This document shows, piece after piece, positions 1-12,980 of a stretch of DNA of 64,000 bases. Below the pieces are notes generated by a model. It searched no databases. It was not told the DNA's origin and worked only from the letters and a program-made list of their open reading frames with translations. The position numbers were made by a program, and so were the translations under genes. The stretch comes from Octopus sinensis (taxonomy: Eukaryota): contig NC_043009.1 in NCBI RefSeq assembly GCF_006345805.1, positions 68,696,001 through 68,760,000 on the forward strand. The letters are read 5' to 3'. The stretch's first letter is position 1; each line of letters opens with the position of its first letter.

Positions 1-211
1 CACACACATATATATATATGGACAGCAAAAGCGAGGTAGACCGAGGGAAACTGTGGAGGGAACAAGAGGAGGAGGAGGGGATTGGGAGGGCTGTCTTGTG
101 AAGGGAGGACATCCAAAACCAGGCAAGATGGTGTGAGGGTGGTTGCTATGGCACTGAGGTAGATGTGGCCACCCTGTTAATGGGGACAAAACCCGGATTC
201 AAAATGATGGA

Positions 212-263
<52 letters not shown>

Positions 264-264
264 A

Positions 265-412
265 TATATGATGGGCTTCTTTCAGTTTCCATCTACCAAA
301 TCCATTCACAAGGGTTTGATCAGCCTGGGGCTACAGTAGAAGACTGAGCCTAGAATCATGGGATTGAGAAGCAAACTTCTTACCATACAGCCACGCCTAT
401 GCCTACACAGCC
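265..412 (-). mobile_element. SINE S1 5' half, decayed
   Basis: GGGCTTCTTTCAGTTTCCATCTACCAAATCC...ACCATACAGCCACGCC. Confidence 0.75.
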
Positions 413-3400
413 ATACCTTATATGTGTGTGTGTGTGTGTAAAAGCAAAATTTGTGTTAAGGAAAACAAATAGAGTACAGAGAACATTGGAAAGTATAAAT
501 GTTATGTGGCCAAGTATTTAAAATATTGCATGACCAAGTTATGAATCACGGGTTTATATCCAGCTCAGGTGTTTCATTCTAATGCACTACCTATTTCACT
601 GAAGATATTTGTTGAGAATAATCACCATGCATTTCTGAGAAAGTCACTGCTAATATATTCCTAGAGAACGGTCATGCACTAATTAATGCAACAGAAAAGA
701 TTATAATGTCAACGAGTAAGAAAACATTTTGCATTTTCTCCATTTCTAATTTTGCAGAATTATAAAGAGATGACGTAACAAAAAGACAAAATTTTGTACC
801 GTCTCTGGTAGTGCACTGCCTCTCAAAGAACGTACTAAATACCTTCAGGATCGGTCTTTCAAGACAAAAAAAAATATATATATATAAGGAATGGTTCTCC
901 AGTATAGCGCTAATCATGTTTAATAACAGAGAGTTTATTTTCTATCTTTTACTTGTTTCAGTCTTTCGACTACAGCCAAAAAGTTGGGGTTTTTTCCTCA
1001 CATAATCAACAAGTATTTGATATAAGCTGCTTCATTACAATTGACTCCACAAATCTCAATGTATCAGTTACCTCTGAACTATGTGACACGAAACCAATGA
1101 TTACATATCTTAGTCTTGAGAGGTTTGCAACTTTTCCAGGAAAGCATGGAACCAATTCCCCAGATAAGGAAACAGAGTCAGAATTGTCTTGTCCAAAATT
1201 TCAATGCTTAACTTGCAGCCTACGAACTTACAACTTGTGATCTAGCAGTCCAATAGATTATCACCAAAAGATTACATCATCTTATTTGATAAGAATCAAG
1301 AATATTTACTCTCACATCCTTCATTTGGTTTTTCTTTTTTCAAACTCTAAAATGTCATTAAAAGGTCAATACGTGAAGCAGTTGGAGTAGAGGACTTCTT
1401 AGTTCAGATGAGTAAAGCTTGTTGCAGCAGAGAATGTAGAAACAGTGAATCTGTAATATGTCTCAGTGTCTTTGCCAATCAGTCAAATGGTTTACAGTGG
1501 GAGGGAAGGAAAAGCTGGACTGGTTCAACGGTTTTTATTTTTTTTCAAGCTTAGGAAGGACATAGTGAAAGTCTGTTTCTTTGATAAGTCTAGTGATTGT
1601 GTGTCATTTTGCAAGATATTACATTATCGTAACCTCATTGGCAGATATTTACAAGATCTCCATTATATGGAGTTAGTGCATGACAAGCACAAGGAGTCTG
1701 AAGTCTATCTGGATAACACCTATGTGTGGAAGATTAGCAAAAAGTGAAAGATAGAGTGTGTGTGTGTAATTAGTGGTATCAATAGGTTGATAATGTACAA
1801 AGGAAAAGTATGGAAGACAACAAAAACTGTGGTTAATGTTGGTGAAAGAGGCCAACCAGGGAGGGCATTGACAGAATGATCTCACAATAAAACACTCCAA
1901 GAGATAAGAAAAAGACAGAGTTCATGGGCAAACAAGTTTGCTTTTACCAAAGTTGCAAAAAGTCAAAAGACATTGGTGTGTGACATAGATAAACGATATC
2001 TACATGAAGCGGAGAGTTTGTACAGGCCAGTGCCAGCTTTCTGATTCGAGAATCTTAAACAAAATCTTTGCATGGATAATAAAAGGCCTTACTGTTAAGG
2101 AAACATTTCCAGAAAATTTAATTCCTAATTTTGTCATTTGCATGACCTAAGCTGATTGAAATAAGTGTCCAGGCCAACAAACAACAAAATGTCCAACCTG
2201 AAGTAGGAACTCATAACTTATGAAATAATGCCTCAGGCCCACCCCTCAACTCCATATAATCATTTTTAGTCTATCTCACCTGAAGCAATGAAAGATACTA
2301 TCTGCTCCCTAAATCATACAAAATATCTGAATTGATAGAATAATTCAACCTATGCCAGCTGGCAAAATTAGAATGCAAAAAAACAAAAAAACAAAATTTA
2401 ATTTAGTAAATTCCTTAATAATCCATATAAGCATAACATCGTATAAACAAGAGATAATAAAGGAAATTAATGCTTTTGCACCAATAAATTGATCCTTTCT
2501 TTGAAAAAAAATCATTTATTTAGAATAAACAATTTTACTTGATGTGAAAACAGCCATTATATAAATGTATGTGTGTGTGTAAGATCAAATTTGATAATTC
2601 ATTGATTGATGTAATCCACTAAAGGTTTTAACAAGTTGGGGAAAGGAACCCTTCTGGCTTAAGTAAACCCCAAAACATTAAAATGGAAACCAACAGTAAC
2701 ACTTGTAATTAATCCTCAGTTGGCAACACAGTTCAGAATAGAGAAGATACCATTTCCCTTCAACTAATCTGTTTACTTTGGGCAATTAACAGTCTGATGC
2801 CAGCCAATGATAGAACCACCAAATGATCATTTGACCTACTAGAAATAGCAACCAAATTTGGCCTCAAATGACACATTGTATAATGTAGTCCTCGGTATAC
2901 TTTGTTTGAAATTAAATGTTTGGAAGGTCACTGCTGGAAAGCTTTCCATCCCAGGTCTGCTAAACTAGGGCTGACCTGGGTTGCACATTAGCAGACAATT
3001 AGTTTCTGAACTAAGACTCAGGTGTCAGTCTACATTGCAATTTAGAGAACAATTTACAAACAATTCCTAAGAACAATTATCTGAAACACTAAAATTACAG
3101 CAATAAATCTGTATCAGATATTTGGTTCGATTTCTAACAATCGTAAGTCAACCGATTCATTTCAGGTGAGAAAAATCCAAAGACAACATTATGGTACTGA
3201 GTTTTACTATCAAAAATATTAAAAAAAAAAAATTTCAGACTTTGGCAATTAGAAAAATCACATTCAATAACACCAACATTTAATCAATAACAGAAGCTTC
3301 AGAAATTTGAGAGCCATGCAAACATACTTGATTTTCTTTTTATGCTTTCTCTTACATATATAAATATATATATATATATACTTAGAATAAACAATACTTT

Positions 3401-3532
3401 AGATAATCTGATGTGATTAAATAAATACATTTCTGATTCCAAAAGAGCAAGAGGAAGAGAGTAAGAGATAGTGAGGGCAAAGGAAATGGTGAGTCAGAGA
3501 GTATATTTATATTTCTATCTGTGCAAGTATGT

Positions 3533-3567
<35 letters not shown>

Positions 3568-4299
3568 CGTGCATGCACTGATCACCATCATCACCATCAT
3601 CATTTAATGTCCACTGCCATCTTTGGCATGGCTTCTACAGCTGGATGCTCTCCCTAACAACCACTTTACAGAGTGTGCTTTTTTTTTGCATGCCACCATC
3701 AACCAGACAAGTTGCCATGTAACTTGCAAGACAAAAGAACAAAGGAAAAATCTCCCACTGCTAAGAGGAAGTATTTGGGAGAAGCTGGAGGTGGGTGGTT
3801 GTACGTCAGATGTTGAAAAGCTAAAAGTATGATCGAAGGACACGCACAGGTATATAGAAGAGATACTGTGATATGACATGATACTGTTACACTAATTCAA
3901 GCAATGAATCGTTTTCAGGATGCACGTCTACAGGTTGCTCAGCCACTTTTATGCTAATCTAACAAATAGACAGCCCACAGGATTAACCAACTGAATTCTC
4001 ATCAAAACCAACAGAGGATCCTTATTTAACAATGAGTATTCATTATCCTACACTCTCACAGATTTATGTGTATGCTCTCCCTAACTACTTGAGACCACCC
4101 GCAAAACTATATGATGGGAACTATTAAAATTAATAATAGCTGACAATTTGAATTGATCCTATCTAGTAACTGGACATTAAATTATGAATGAAGCATGACC
4201 TTAGAACATTGGGCTTCACAGAGGCAATGACAAGAGACCAAGACTTTTGGAGATATGCTGTGATTGAGAAGACTTGGCCAATTAAATTGAGATCACAGC

Positions 4300-4805
4300 C
4301 ATGGCCGATGCTAGTGTTGCATGTCCAGCCCATTTAAGAGTACCCTTGATGTGTCAGGCAATATGATATGCTTGAGAAGACTTGTCGAGTCAAGTAAAAC
4401 CAAAATTGTAGCTGTGGCCAGTGCCCCCTGACTGGCTCCTGTGCCAGTGGCACATAAAAAGTACCATTCGAGTGTGGTTGATGCCAGGTCTGACTGACTG
4501 GCTCCCTTCTGATGGCACATAAAAAGTACCATCCGAATGTGGCCGATGCCAGTGTTCCTTGACTGGCTCCCATGCTGGTGGCACGTAAAAAGCACTATCC
4601 GAATTTGATCGATGCCAGGCCTGCCTTACTTGGCATGTAAAAAGCACCCACTCCACTCTAAGAGTGGTTGGCATTAGGAAAGGCATCCAGCTGTAGATAC
4701 ACTGCCAGATCAGATTGGAGCCTGGTGCAGCCACTGGCTCTCCAGACCTTAGTCAAACAGTCCAACCCATGCCAGCATGGAAAACGAACATTAAACGATG
4801 ATGAG
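4300..4805 (+). mobile_element. SINE family S3 (MetaSINE-like; GGAAGGGCATCCAGCTGTAG domain, (GAT)n tail) with internal tandem subrepeats
   Basis: Repeated about 50-bp GGCACATAAAAAGTACC units, then GGCATTAGGAAAGGCATCCAGCTGTAG...CCCATGCCAGCATGGAAAACG...GATGATGA. The family name comes from recalled similarity only. Confidence 0.7.
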
Positions 4806-6406
4806 TAGGAACTGAATTCCAGAAGACCACTGTTTATGGAACAATACAGAAAGAGAAAGGAACTAAGCTGAAGAGACAGAACAATTGTATGGGCTTCCAT
4901 GGTGGGTGTGAATAGGGTTTGCAAGATCAAAGGAACATGGACAGTTGCAGTATGGCAGAAAATTTATAGAAGAAAGACAAGGTGAATATGTCTAGATAGT
5001 TGTGAAGTATTTATAAATGTTTGCTGTTGTTGTTTAGGTCTAGACCAACCCTGACTGAGTTGACCTTTGATCAGACATTCCAACCCAGACTACAGCATAT
5101 CCTTGCCTTTTTTTTAAAGGATGTTAGTGATAGTTTGAGGGCGATTTGACTGCTCTTTCTTACAAATTAAATGAGTAAATAGAAGCTCTCTTATCGGTTC
5201 TTGTAAATGTACATTTTGCTATCAGACAGTTTTTGTTTTCCTATGAAGGTTTCGCAGAATGCATGCATTTGTGTATGCTTCATACACACAGAAATGTGAG
5301 TTGTCTTGACTATATACAGATATACATTTATGCATAATTAATATATTGTATATGAAATAAGACAGCTGAATAATTAAAATATAGACTGCAAACTTTAGAC
5401 ACAAACTCAAGTGTAAACATAACATAGTTGAACAACTATTGTCATATGGTTAACAAAAAAAAATCAAAAAGTGAGTTTTGATGGAGAACAGGTTATTATA
5501 AAGTGTTCATTGAGTGTATGTTTTCCTACCAGACAGATGGTTTGTGTTTTTTGTTTTTTTTTATTCATTTATTCTTGAAAGACATTTTGAATGTGTATAT
5601 TTGTATGTCTAGGTGCATCTAACCAGATACGCAAGCATGCGGGTAGATGTGTGCTTGTAGTATGTATTATGTATGAAGTAGTTGAATAATTAAAATCCAA
5701 GCCACTGATTCGAGAAACAAACTTAGGAATAAGCTTAAGCAATGTATTTCATCCTCGTCCTAAACATTTGTTTGATTGAATCTTTGTGTGTGGAAACCAG
5801 ACACTACTTTATCTTCATGATTGAAGTTTTGGTTGGCATTAAGAATGGCAGTCATTTGTAAAAAGGAAAAAAAAAAATGCTCTCACAAATCAGGACTAGT
5901 TTTGCAGAACCAATCAATTGTTAAACAAAGTTGTAAAAGCTAAGTAGGAACAACAGGAGACTACCAAACCATGGTTTTATTCTATATTTCAAGAAAAATT
6001 TATATCTACAGAGAGGGAACCGTTGGAGGCTGCTAGCAGGATGCTTGAGGGCTGCATGCATCCCTGGGAAGCAACACTGAGAACCACTGCTCTGGACACT
6101 TGTACAGACTTAAGTTTATCTAAATGGTTAATTTATTTGAAAGCACAGATGGCCAGATCAATCAGTTAAGAAGTCCAGGTTTCATATTCTACCCCAGTAC
6201 TACATTGTACTCATGGTTAAGATAAATCTCAACAGCCAAATACATCTGAATTTAAGTTCCAAGAATGGGGCAATTCACAATACAACAGGGGTGGATCTTA
6301 ATAAGTATTTTGTTGGTTTGCAGTATTGGATTCTGTTTCTCCTACATAAAAAAAAACTATGATTAAGAAACCAAATCTCCCTCAAATCACATCTTATAGT
6401 CTTTAA

Positions 6407-6577
6407 CTCTTTAGCATTCGGTTAACTGTCAAATGTAATGCTTTTTAAATCATATTTTGAATTAGTTATGCATTATCTTGTGGCTTCAATATTTTAATGA
6501 TGTGATTGTTTATTTTTAGAATGACATTGCAGGAAGGTATGACAGGCCGGACACAGCCAGTTTAAAAAGTTAAAGGG
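6407..6577. mobile_element. piggyBac-type MITE (family P1, opposite orientation, inserted in a SINE tail)
   Basis: TTAA|CTCTTTAG...TTAAAGGG|TTAA. The interior is the reverse complement of the 11544 copy. Confidence 0.75.
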
Positions 6578-6929
6578 TTAAATGACAGTGGATAATGTAT
6601 CTCAAATATACTGTGTCCATATAAAAACAGAACAATCACTGCTGAAACATTTTAATAAGAGGTCTTATGCATCAGATAACAATGTGATAGACCAACTCTA
6701 TAACTAAGCAAAGATTTCTATCATCTGCTTGATATTATAGAAAAAGCAGCCCTTGTAGTTCCTTGTAACTGACAATAAATTTGATTTAAAATTTAATTTG
6801 TCTGTCACAAACGCTTGTCATATGGAACTATGTTCTATGAAATCTTGTTCATCAAACATATCAGTTCAATAACAAACTGAATATTAAATAAACTTAATAT
6901 AAAATCAAGGAATTAATTTAATTTTAAAA

Positions 6930-7300
6930 AGACATCCTCTTCTTTGTTTCTCTAAAGGTTAGTATTTGATAACTTCAGTTTCTCTCACTAATTTTTAAAG
7001 TTTTTCTCATCAGCACAAGTTACAATTCACAGGTGCTTTTCATATTAATTTTCTAAAATTAAATTTTCACACATGACATTCTCAAAACCCCAGTACAGTT
7101 TCTATTCCTAATTCTTCAATGCACTTTGTTTATCTCTATCTTATAGCCATATTTTTTCAATCAATTTTTTTCTTTGACTAAGCTACTCTAAAGACCAATG
7201 TGTTGTCATAACTTTTAATATAATCATTCCCAGCAGATATTTTGCATTCAGACAGTAAATGAACTATTATACAACACACTTGTACAGCTTCTTTAAATTT
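6930..7300 (-). pseudogene. RLE-type non-LTR retrotransposon (R4/Dong-like) C-terminal remnant
   Basis: IVHLLSECKISAGNDYIKSYDN resembles the CCHC knuckle ET..H..S.C..LA...YI.RHD. Downstream ETEVIKY*PL resembles the E.EK..KY.DL motif of the RLE domain. Heavily decayed. Confidence 0.5.
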
Positions 7301-8434
7301 CATACTTTTATCCATTAATTTTTTAATTTTTTTCCTTTTTCTCTTATTTCTACAATTTATTATTACATAACTAAACTTATAATGGTTTTAACCAAAACTG
7401 AGCTTGGTAAAATAACTCAAATAAGCCATTGGCATGGATTGAAATAAAGCAGTAGGCACTGGTGTATTGTATGATGCACACGATAAAAAATTCTTAATGA
7501 ATATAAATTTATCTTTCAGCTGGAGGAAGAAAACAAGAACCTAATGGCCATCATTAGTGACAGAAAGAAAACAGAAGATAATTTTTTAGGAAATTGAGAA
7601 TTAATTTTTTAAAGAATGAATTCCCATGTTTAAGGGAAAACTCTGATCTTTGTTAACTTCTGTCTGTTTATGAAACAGGTTTATGTTGTTTATGCTTCGC
7701 TGACGAAGTTTAATAAGACCGGAAAACATGCATAATTACTATCCCTGTCCCCACTAACAAAAATTATTAAATTTTCACTTGAGCAGAAGAATTAAATACT
7801 TTAAAATTAATTCTTATACCTTATGTTTTGTTTGACAAGTAAGTTGCTAACAATTGCCACTAGGTTTTTATTTGCTTTCTCCAATTAAGAGGTAAACTTC
7901 ATTTTGTAATCAATTTTTTGCTTATGTATTCCAACATATCAACAATTTTCCACAAGTAGTAGTAGTAATAGTAGAGTCGATGGTGGTGAAGTTGTATTCA
8001 TTGGGTAAACTGGTATAAAATGGTAGAATCTTCTACCGAATAAATGTTTCTGTTTGTTTGGTTTTTTTTCACTCTATCCCAATATACAAAGTTCAAATCT
8101 TGCTACATTCAGATTTGCTTTGGAAAAAAAAAAATATATATATATATAGAAAAAGATTCAATTAATTTGCCCTCTCCCTTCAAAACCTGGACTTTTGTCT
8201 CATCAAAAGAACATTTATTATTAATAAAATGTAGAAATATATGAAACTAAATGAAGTTTCCTCACCAGATACATATTAGCTAATTTGGGACATCAAGTTC
8301 CTAAATTCAAATAACAACCATGGGCAATTTTGCTTTTAGTTTTCTAAAAGATCATTAAAATAAAATCATTATTGAAATATCAAAGTGGGTAGCATTTTGA
8401 AACAGAATTTAAACTGTAAACTCCATCAGTTTAA

Positions 8435-8582
8435 CATTATTTACATTATTTACATTTGACGGATATTTATCCTCATCTTGCTTGTTGTTAACACAACATT
8501 TTGGCTGATATACCCTCCAGCCTTCATCAGGTATCTCGGAGAAATTTCAAACCTGGGTTCTCATTCCTAAGGTATTTTTCGA

Positions 8583-8622
<40 letters not shown>

Positions 8623-8713
8623 ATGGCGTAGTGGTTAAGAGCATGGGCTACTAACCCCAAGATTCCAAGTTCGATTCCAGGCAGTGACCTGAATAATAAT
8701 TATGATGATGATG

Positions 8714-8768
<55 letters not shown>

Positions 8769-8949
8769 CAACAACAACATTGAAAAATACCTTAGGAATG
8801 AGAACCCAGGTTTGAAATTTCCCCAAGACACCTGATGAAGGCTGGAGGGTATATTAGTTGTGTTTGTGTTAACAACAAACAAGATGAGGACAAATATCCA
8901 TCAAATGTAAATAATGTACATAATTCCTCATCTCTTAAATATAGAACTG
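8435..8949. mobile_element. Inverted dimer of a tRNA-headed element with a Penelope-like hammerhead-containing 3' arm (copy A, decayed)
   Basis: Reverse arm (8435-8583), then (TTA)n, tRNA-like head 8624-8691 (box A TGGCGTAGTGG, box B GTTCGATTC), (AAT)n, and forward arm (about 8775-8949). Flanked by the direct repeat CATCAGTTTAA at 8424-8434 and 8950-8960. Confidence 0.8.
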
Positions 8950-9539
8950 CATCAGTTTAAGTTAGACCTGAATTGCTAACATATCTTCCATATTCAGAGA
9001 TCCTCTGTGTGGTTTCACAACCAGCAAAAAATAGCAACTAAATTCCCTCAATTTACATTACATGATCTCACATGAAAAATACACTACAAAAATGTAGTCC
9101 TTGACTTACATAAAGATGAATAATTACTGATAAATTGACTTGGGATGAAACATCAACAAGGTATAATAGAAAACTTTCTCTTATTGCCATCACTATAAAA
9201 CAAGGATATTACAACAATATAAGGGGAAAAAATATTTATTATGAAAATATGGAAATGGCTGTTATAATGTATATTAAGCTATGGACAAACCAAATCAGCA
9301 ATCAGGGATCAATTCCCTGTTGAAATAAACATTGTTTACATCACTAATGATTTGGAGAAAAACATTTGTGTCTCACTGTACCATTTCTGCTGCCTTATAG
9401 TTCTGAGTTCTCCAAGTTTATGTAAGAAATAATTATCATTGCAATATGTTATTAGCAAATGCCATGGGACATCTGCGAGTTGTCAGCAAACCGATTCTCA
9501 ATTGGAACCGTTTCAACTACATTACTGATGCCCACAAGT

Positions 9540-9582
9540 AAAACAAACATCACAAAGCACACACACACAATCTTACATTAAG

Positions 9583-9613
<31 letters not shown>

Positions 9614-10021
9614 TTACATTAAGCACACACACACACACACACACCACACAATCTTACATTAAGCACACACACACAATCTTACATTAAGCACACACACACA
9701 CACACACACAATACACAAACACTGCATTATATGCAAACACACTAGACATTTACAAACAACACCAAGATTCTATTCGATATTATACAGAGCAGCACTAAAG
9801 CACAAGTACATAAGACACAGGTTTGCACCAATACTAACCTAAATGCACACAACACTACACAAGGCAAACATGCACAAACATTCCAATACTACCTGAGACA
9901 TACACACACCCACTCAACACCTACACTAAAGCCACAATAATAATGCACTAGATATAAACACACTCACAAATACTACACTAGGCATATCCACACATGTTTC
10001 TAGGCACAGAGAAACATGCAA

Positions 10022-10056
<35 letters not shown>

Positions 10057-10460
10057 TACACTGGCCCTGGACAACAACACACCTACACTACAGACATACA
10101 ACACATCACGTACAAAACTGCACAAAATACATCAAATCACAACTCCAGCACAACAGAGACAAACACTATATTAATTTGAGATGGAAACATACAAAAAAGA
10201 CTTCACATTCATTACATGAACACAATACCACACACACACACACACACACACAGTACGAAGGATGCAGAAAGAAGACTAAGCTAATACTACATAAGACCTG
10301 CACACAAGACAAACACTACACAATGTACACACACACAGATCAGATACTGAGCTATGGAACTTATTGTTATTGGGAGACATAAACATCACCATTAGTCAAT
10401 TTGGAGACACGCAAAAAGAAGCACTCATACAATCACACACACACATATATATTCATACAC
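9540..10460. repeat. CA-rich low-complexity tract with a (CA)n-ATCTTACATTAAG minisatellite at 9560-9720
   Basis: AATCTTACATTAAGCAC recurs four times. The remainder is degenerate A/C-rich sequence. Confidence 0.85.
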
Positions 10461-11543
10461 ATGATAGGTTTAATTACAATTTCTACCTCTTCAATTTCTC
10501 CCACAAGCAATACGCAGGTCAGGCAGGTCAGGGGCTATAGTAGAAAATACTTGATGTTGCAGTGAGATAGAATCTGAAAATTTGTGGTGGCAAAGCAAAC
10601 TTTGTAACCACTGAGCCATCAACTGTACTTCCTAGCAATAAAAATAACTGACAAGTCATAGCTAAAATAGCTTTGACCAAGGGTCAGCTCAATCTGAGTT
10701 GACCTGACATTAAACAACAACAACATCTACATACATATAACACTCAACACATACTACCATACACTTTTAACTACATGTTGCAGTAGATCTTGGAATCAAT
10801 TCAACCATCAATGCCCTGTCTCCAACAAAAGTTGTCTTCACTCTTTAATTTGCTCCAGTCTACCTAACGAAATAGTCGGTACTAATCACCCGCTTCATAT
10901 GTCACTGGCTATGAATACTGAAACAATAGCTTCGATAATTTGTGGAAATATTCCAAATTTCAGAACTATCCAACCTACACTAACGTGATAAAAATCAATA
11001 AATACTTGTTCTTTTTCTTTCTTAGCATACATACGCACATGTGTGTGTGTGTGTGTGTGTGTATTTATATACACACACACACACATAGACATAAATGCAC
11101 AAAAAGAAAACAATTCTTTAACTTTCAACAACAACACATCCATATATCAGAATTTACTAAATCTCTTTCCAAGTCTTTAAAAAAATAAAAATAGCCATAA
11201 AAGAAATACGAAAGTAATTAAGCATCTTTTCATTAATTTCTAGAAACTAAATGAATGGTTCAGCTTTTCAAAATATTTTGAATACTTCATTTTGCAATAA
11301 TGCTATTTACTGGCATACCAAATTGACTGATTTCAAATGGTTTGGTTCTCAATTTTCCTCATTCACATCTAGCGAATGTCTCATCAAAAATTATAAGAAA
11401 GAATACGATGTGATCATCCTTAATACAGACAAGCTTATGAAGGAGTCACTTAAGTTATCCAGTGGAGTAGAATGGTGGGTGCAGATTATACCGGATGGCC
11501 ATTTTATATATGCATTTTCTGCAGTTTAAGATGTTATGTTTAA

Positions 11544-11764
11544 CCCTTTAGCATTTAAACCGGCCAAATCCGGCCAAGAGTATTCTGCCTGTTTTATGTT
11601 CAAACTGACCAGATCTAGTCTCTCACACCAACCCTACAACATCATTTTAAAAATTAACTGCTATCTCTTCAAAATCTCACAGCTATAAGATAATGCCTGA
11701 TTAGTTCAAAACAGTATAGAGGAAAAAGCATTAATTTAAGCAGAATAATGTGAACACTAAAGGG
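11544..11764. mobile_element. piggyBac-type MITE (family P1)
   Basis: TTAA|CCCTTTAG...CTAAAGGG|TTAA. Confidence 0.8.
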
Positions 11765-11951
11765 TTAAAGAAGGGGCCAACCAGTTTGGTTTCCACATAG
11801 AGTAGCCAAAACCATTGCTGTTAACACAAGGTCTGCTAGAACACAGAGTGGACACAAACACACTGTATCAAACTCTGCAGTAGATACACAAACACTAATA
11901 CTAGACACACAGAACACTAACACTAGCTCAGATGACAACCTACTATCTTAA

Positions 11952-12165
11952 CCCTTTCGTTACCAACCTGGCTGAAACTGGCTCTGAGTACAAATGTCTT
12001 GTTTTCATAAGTTTTGAATGAAAATCTTCCACCAAACCTTAGTCATAATTTATGTTCCTAACATTAGCTTAATGATAACTAAGATATTTTACTAAATTCT
12101 TTGTTATATCTAAAGTAATCGAAAGAAACACAGAGCATCTCAAAATAAATACAGTAACGAAAGGG
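11952..12165. mobile_element. piggyBac-type MITE (family P2)
   Basis: TTAA|CCCTTTCGTTAC...GTAACGAAAGGG|TTAA, with 12-bp perfect TIRs. Confidence 0.85.
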
Positions 12166-12694
12166 TTAAAGGAAAAACACATTAAACAATGTAGTCATTG
12201 ATACACTGTGTCTGAATAAGATAGGATGATCACAGCTACAGTGATCTTGGGTCCATTGAATTTTAAAGCAAATTTGAGACTGAACAACAACTTTTTACAT
12301 GACAAAACTAATAACAGGAACTTTCTTTATAATACTTTGCCCATTACACACAGAAAAAGCATCTCACATGGCAGTTCGTATTATTAAAAACAAGATAATT
12401 ACAAATTATCGTTCAAATTACTCAAAACAAGGCAATCATCTCCAATAGTGCTTTGCATTTAATATACAGCCTTAATCTAATCTTTAATTTTCTATGACTT
12501 GTTCACAGTTTACTGACACTTCACAGAAACTGCTTTACAGAGCCCTGCATATGTGAAAGTCTAATGATAATAAGATACGTAAATTAAAAGATAGTGGGAT
12601 TAAATATCTGATTAGTAATTCTTCTTTTTTTTTTTTTTGCACGAGCTTAAGAAGTTTGTTAGACTATAATCTTACTCATTTCATATTATCATCA

Positions 12695-12980
12695 GTTCAT
12701 GTCCATTTTCCATGCTGGCATGGGTTGGACGGTTTGACTGGAGCTGGCAAGCCAGAGACCTGCACACAGCACCAATTGTCTGTTTGAGCATGGATTCTAC
12801 AGCTGGATGCTCTTCCTAACACCAACCATTTTACAGAGTGTACTGGATGCTTTTTATGTGACACTGGCCCCCAATGCTTTTTATGTGGCACCAGCATGGG
12901 TGCGTATCACGTGACACCAGCACAAGTGCTTATCATGTGACACCAGCACAGGTGCTTATTACATGGCACCAGTATGGACA
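12695..12980 (-). mobile_element. SINE S3 copy
   Basis: TTCCATGCTGGCATGGGTTGG...CTACAGCTGGATGCTCTTCC. Confidence 0.75.

Noticed and set aside
7520-7596. Plus-strand acceptor followed by LEEENKNLMAIISDRKKTEDNFLGN*
   Set aside because: Short, with no other plus-strand exons and no recognisable homology.
8624-8691. tRNA gene
   Set aside because: It has boxes A and B but no proper acceptor stem, and it is attached to a repeat tail, so it is a SINE head.
10862-10905. Minus-strand peptide HMKRVISTDYFVR resembling BLTP1 YITEDMSIR
   Set aside because: An in-frame stop lies immediately upstream, there is no phase-compatible acceptor, and the SFS.SVLSGK motif is missing.
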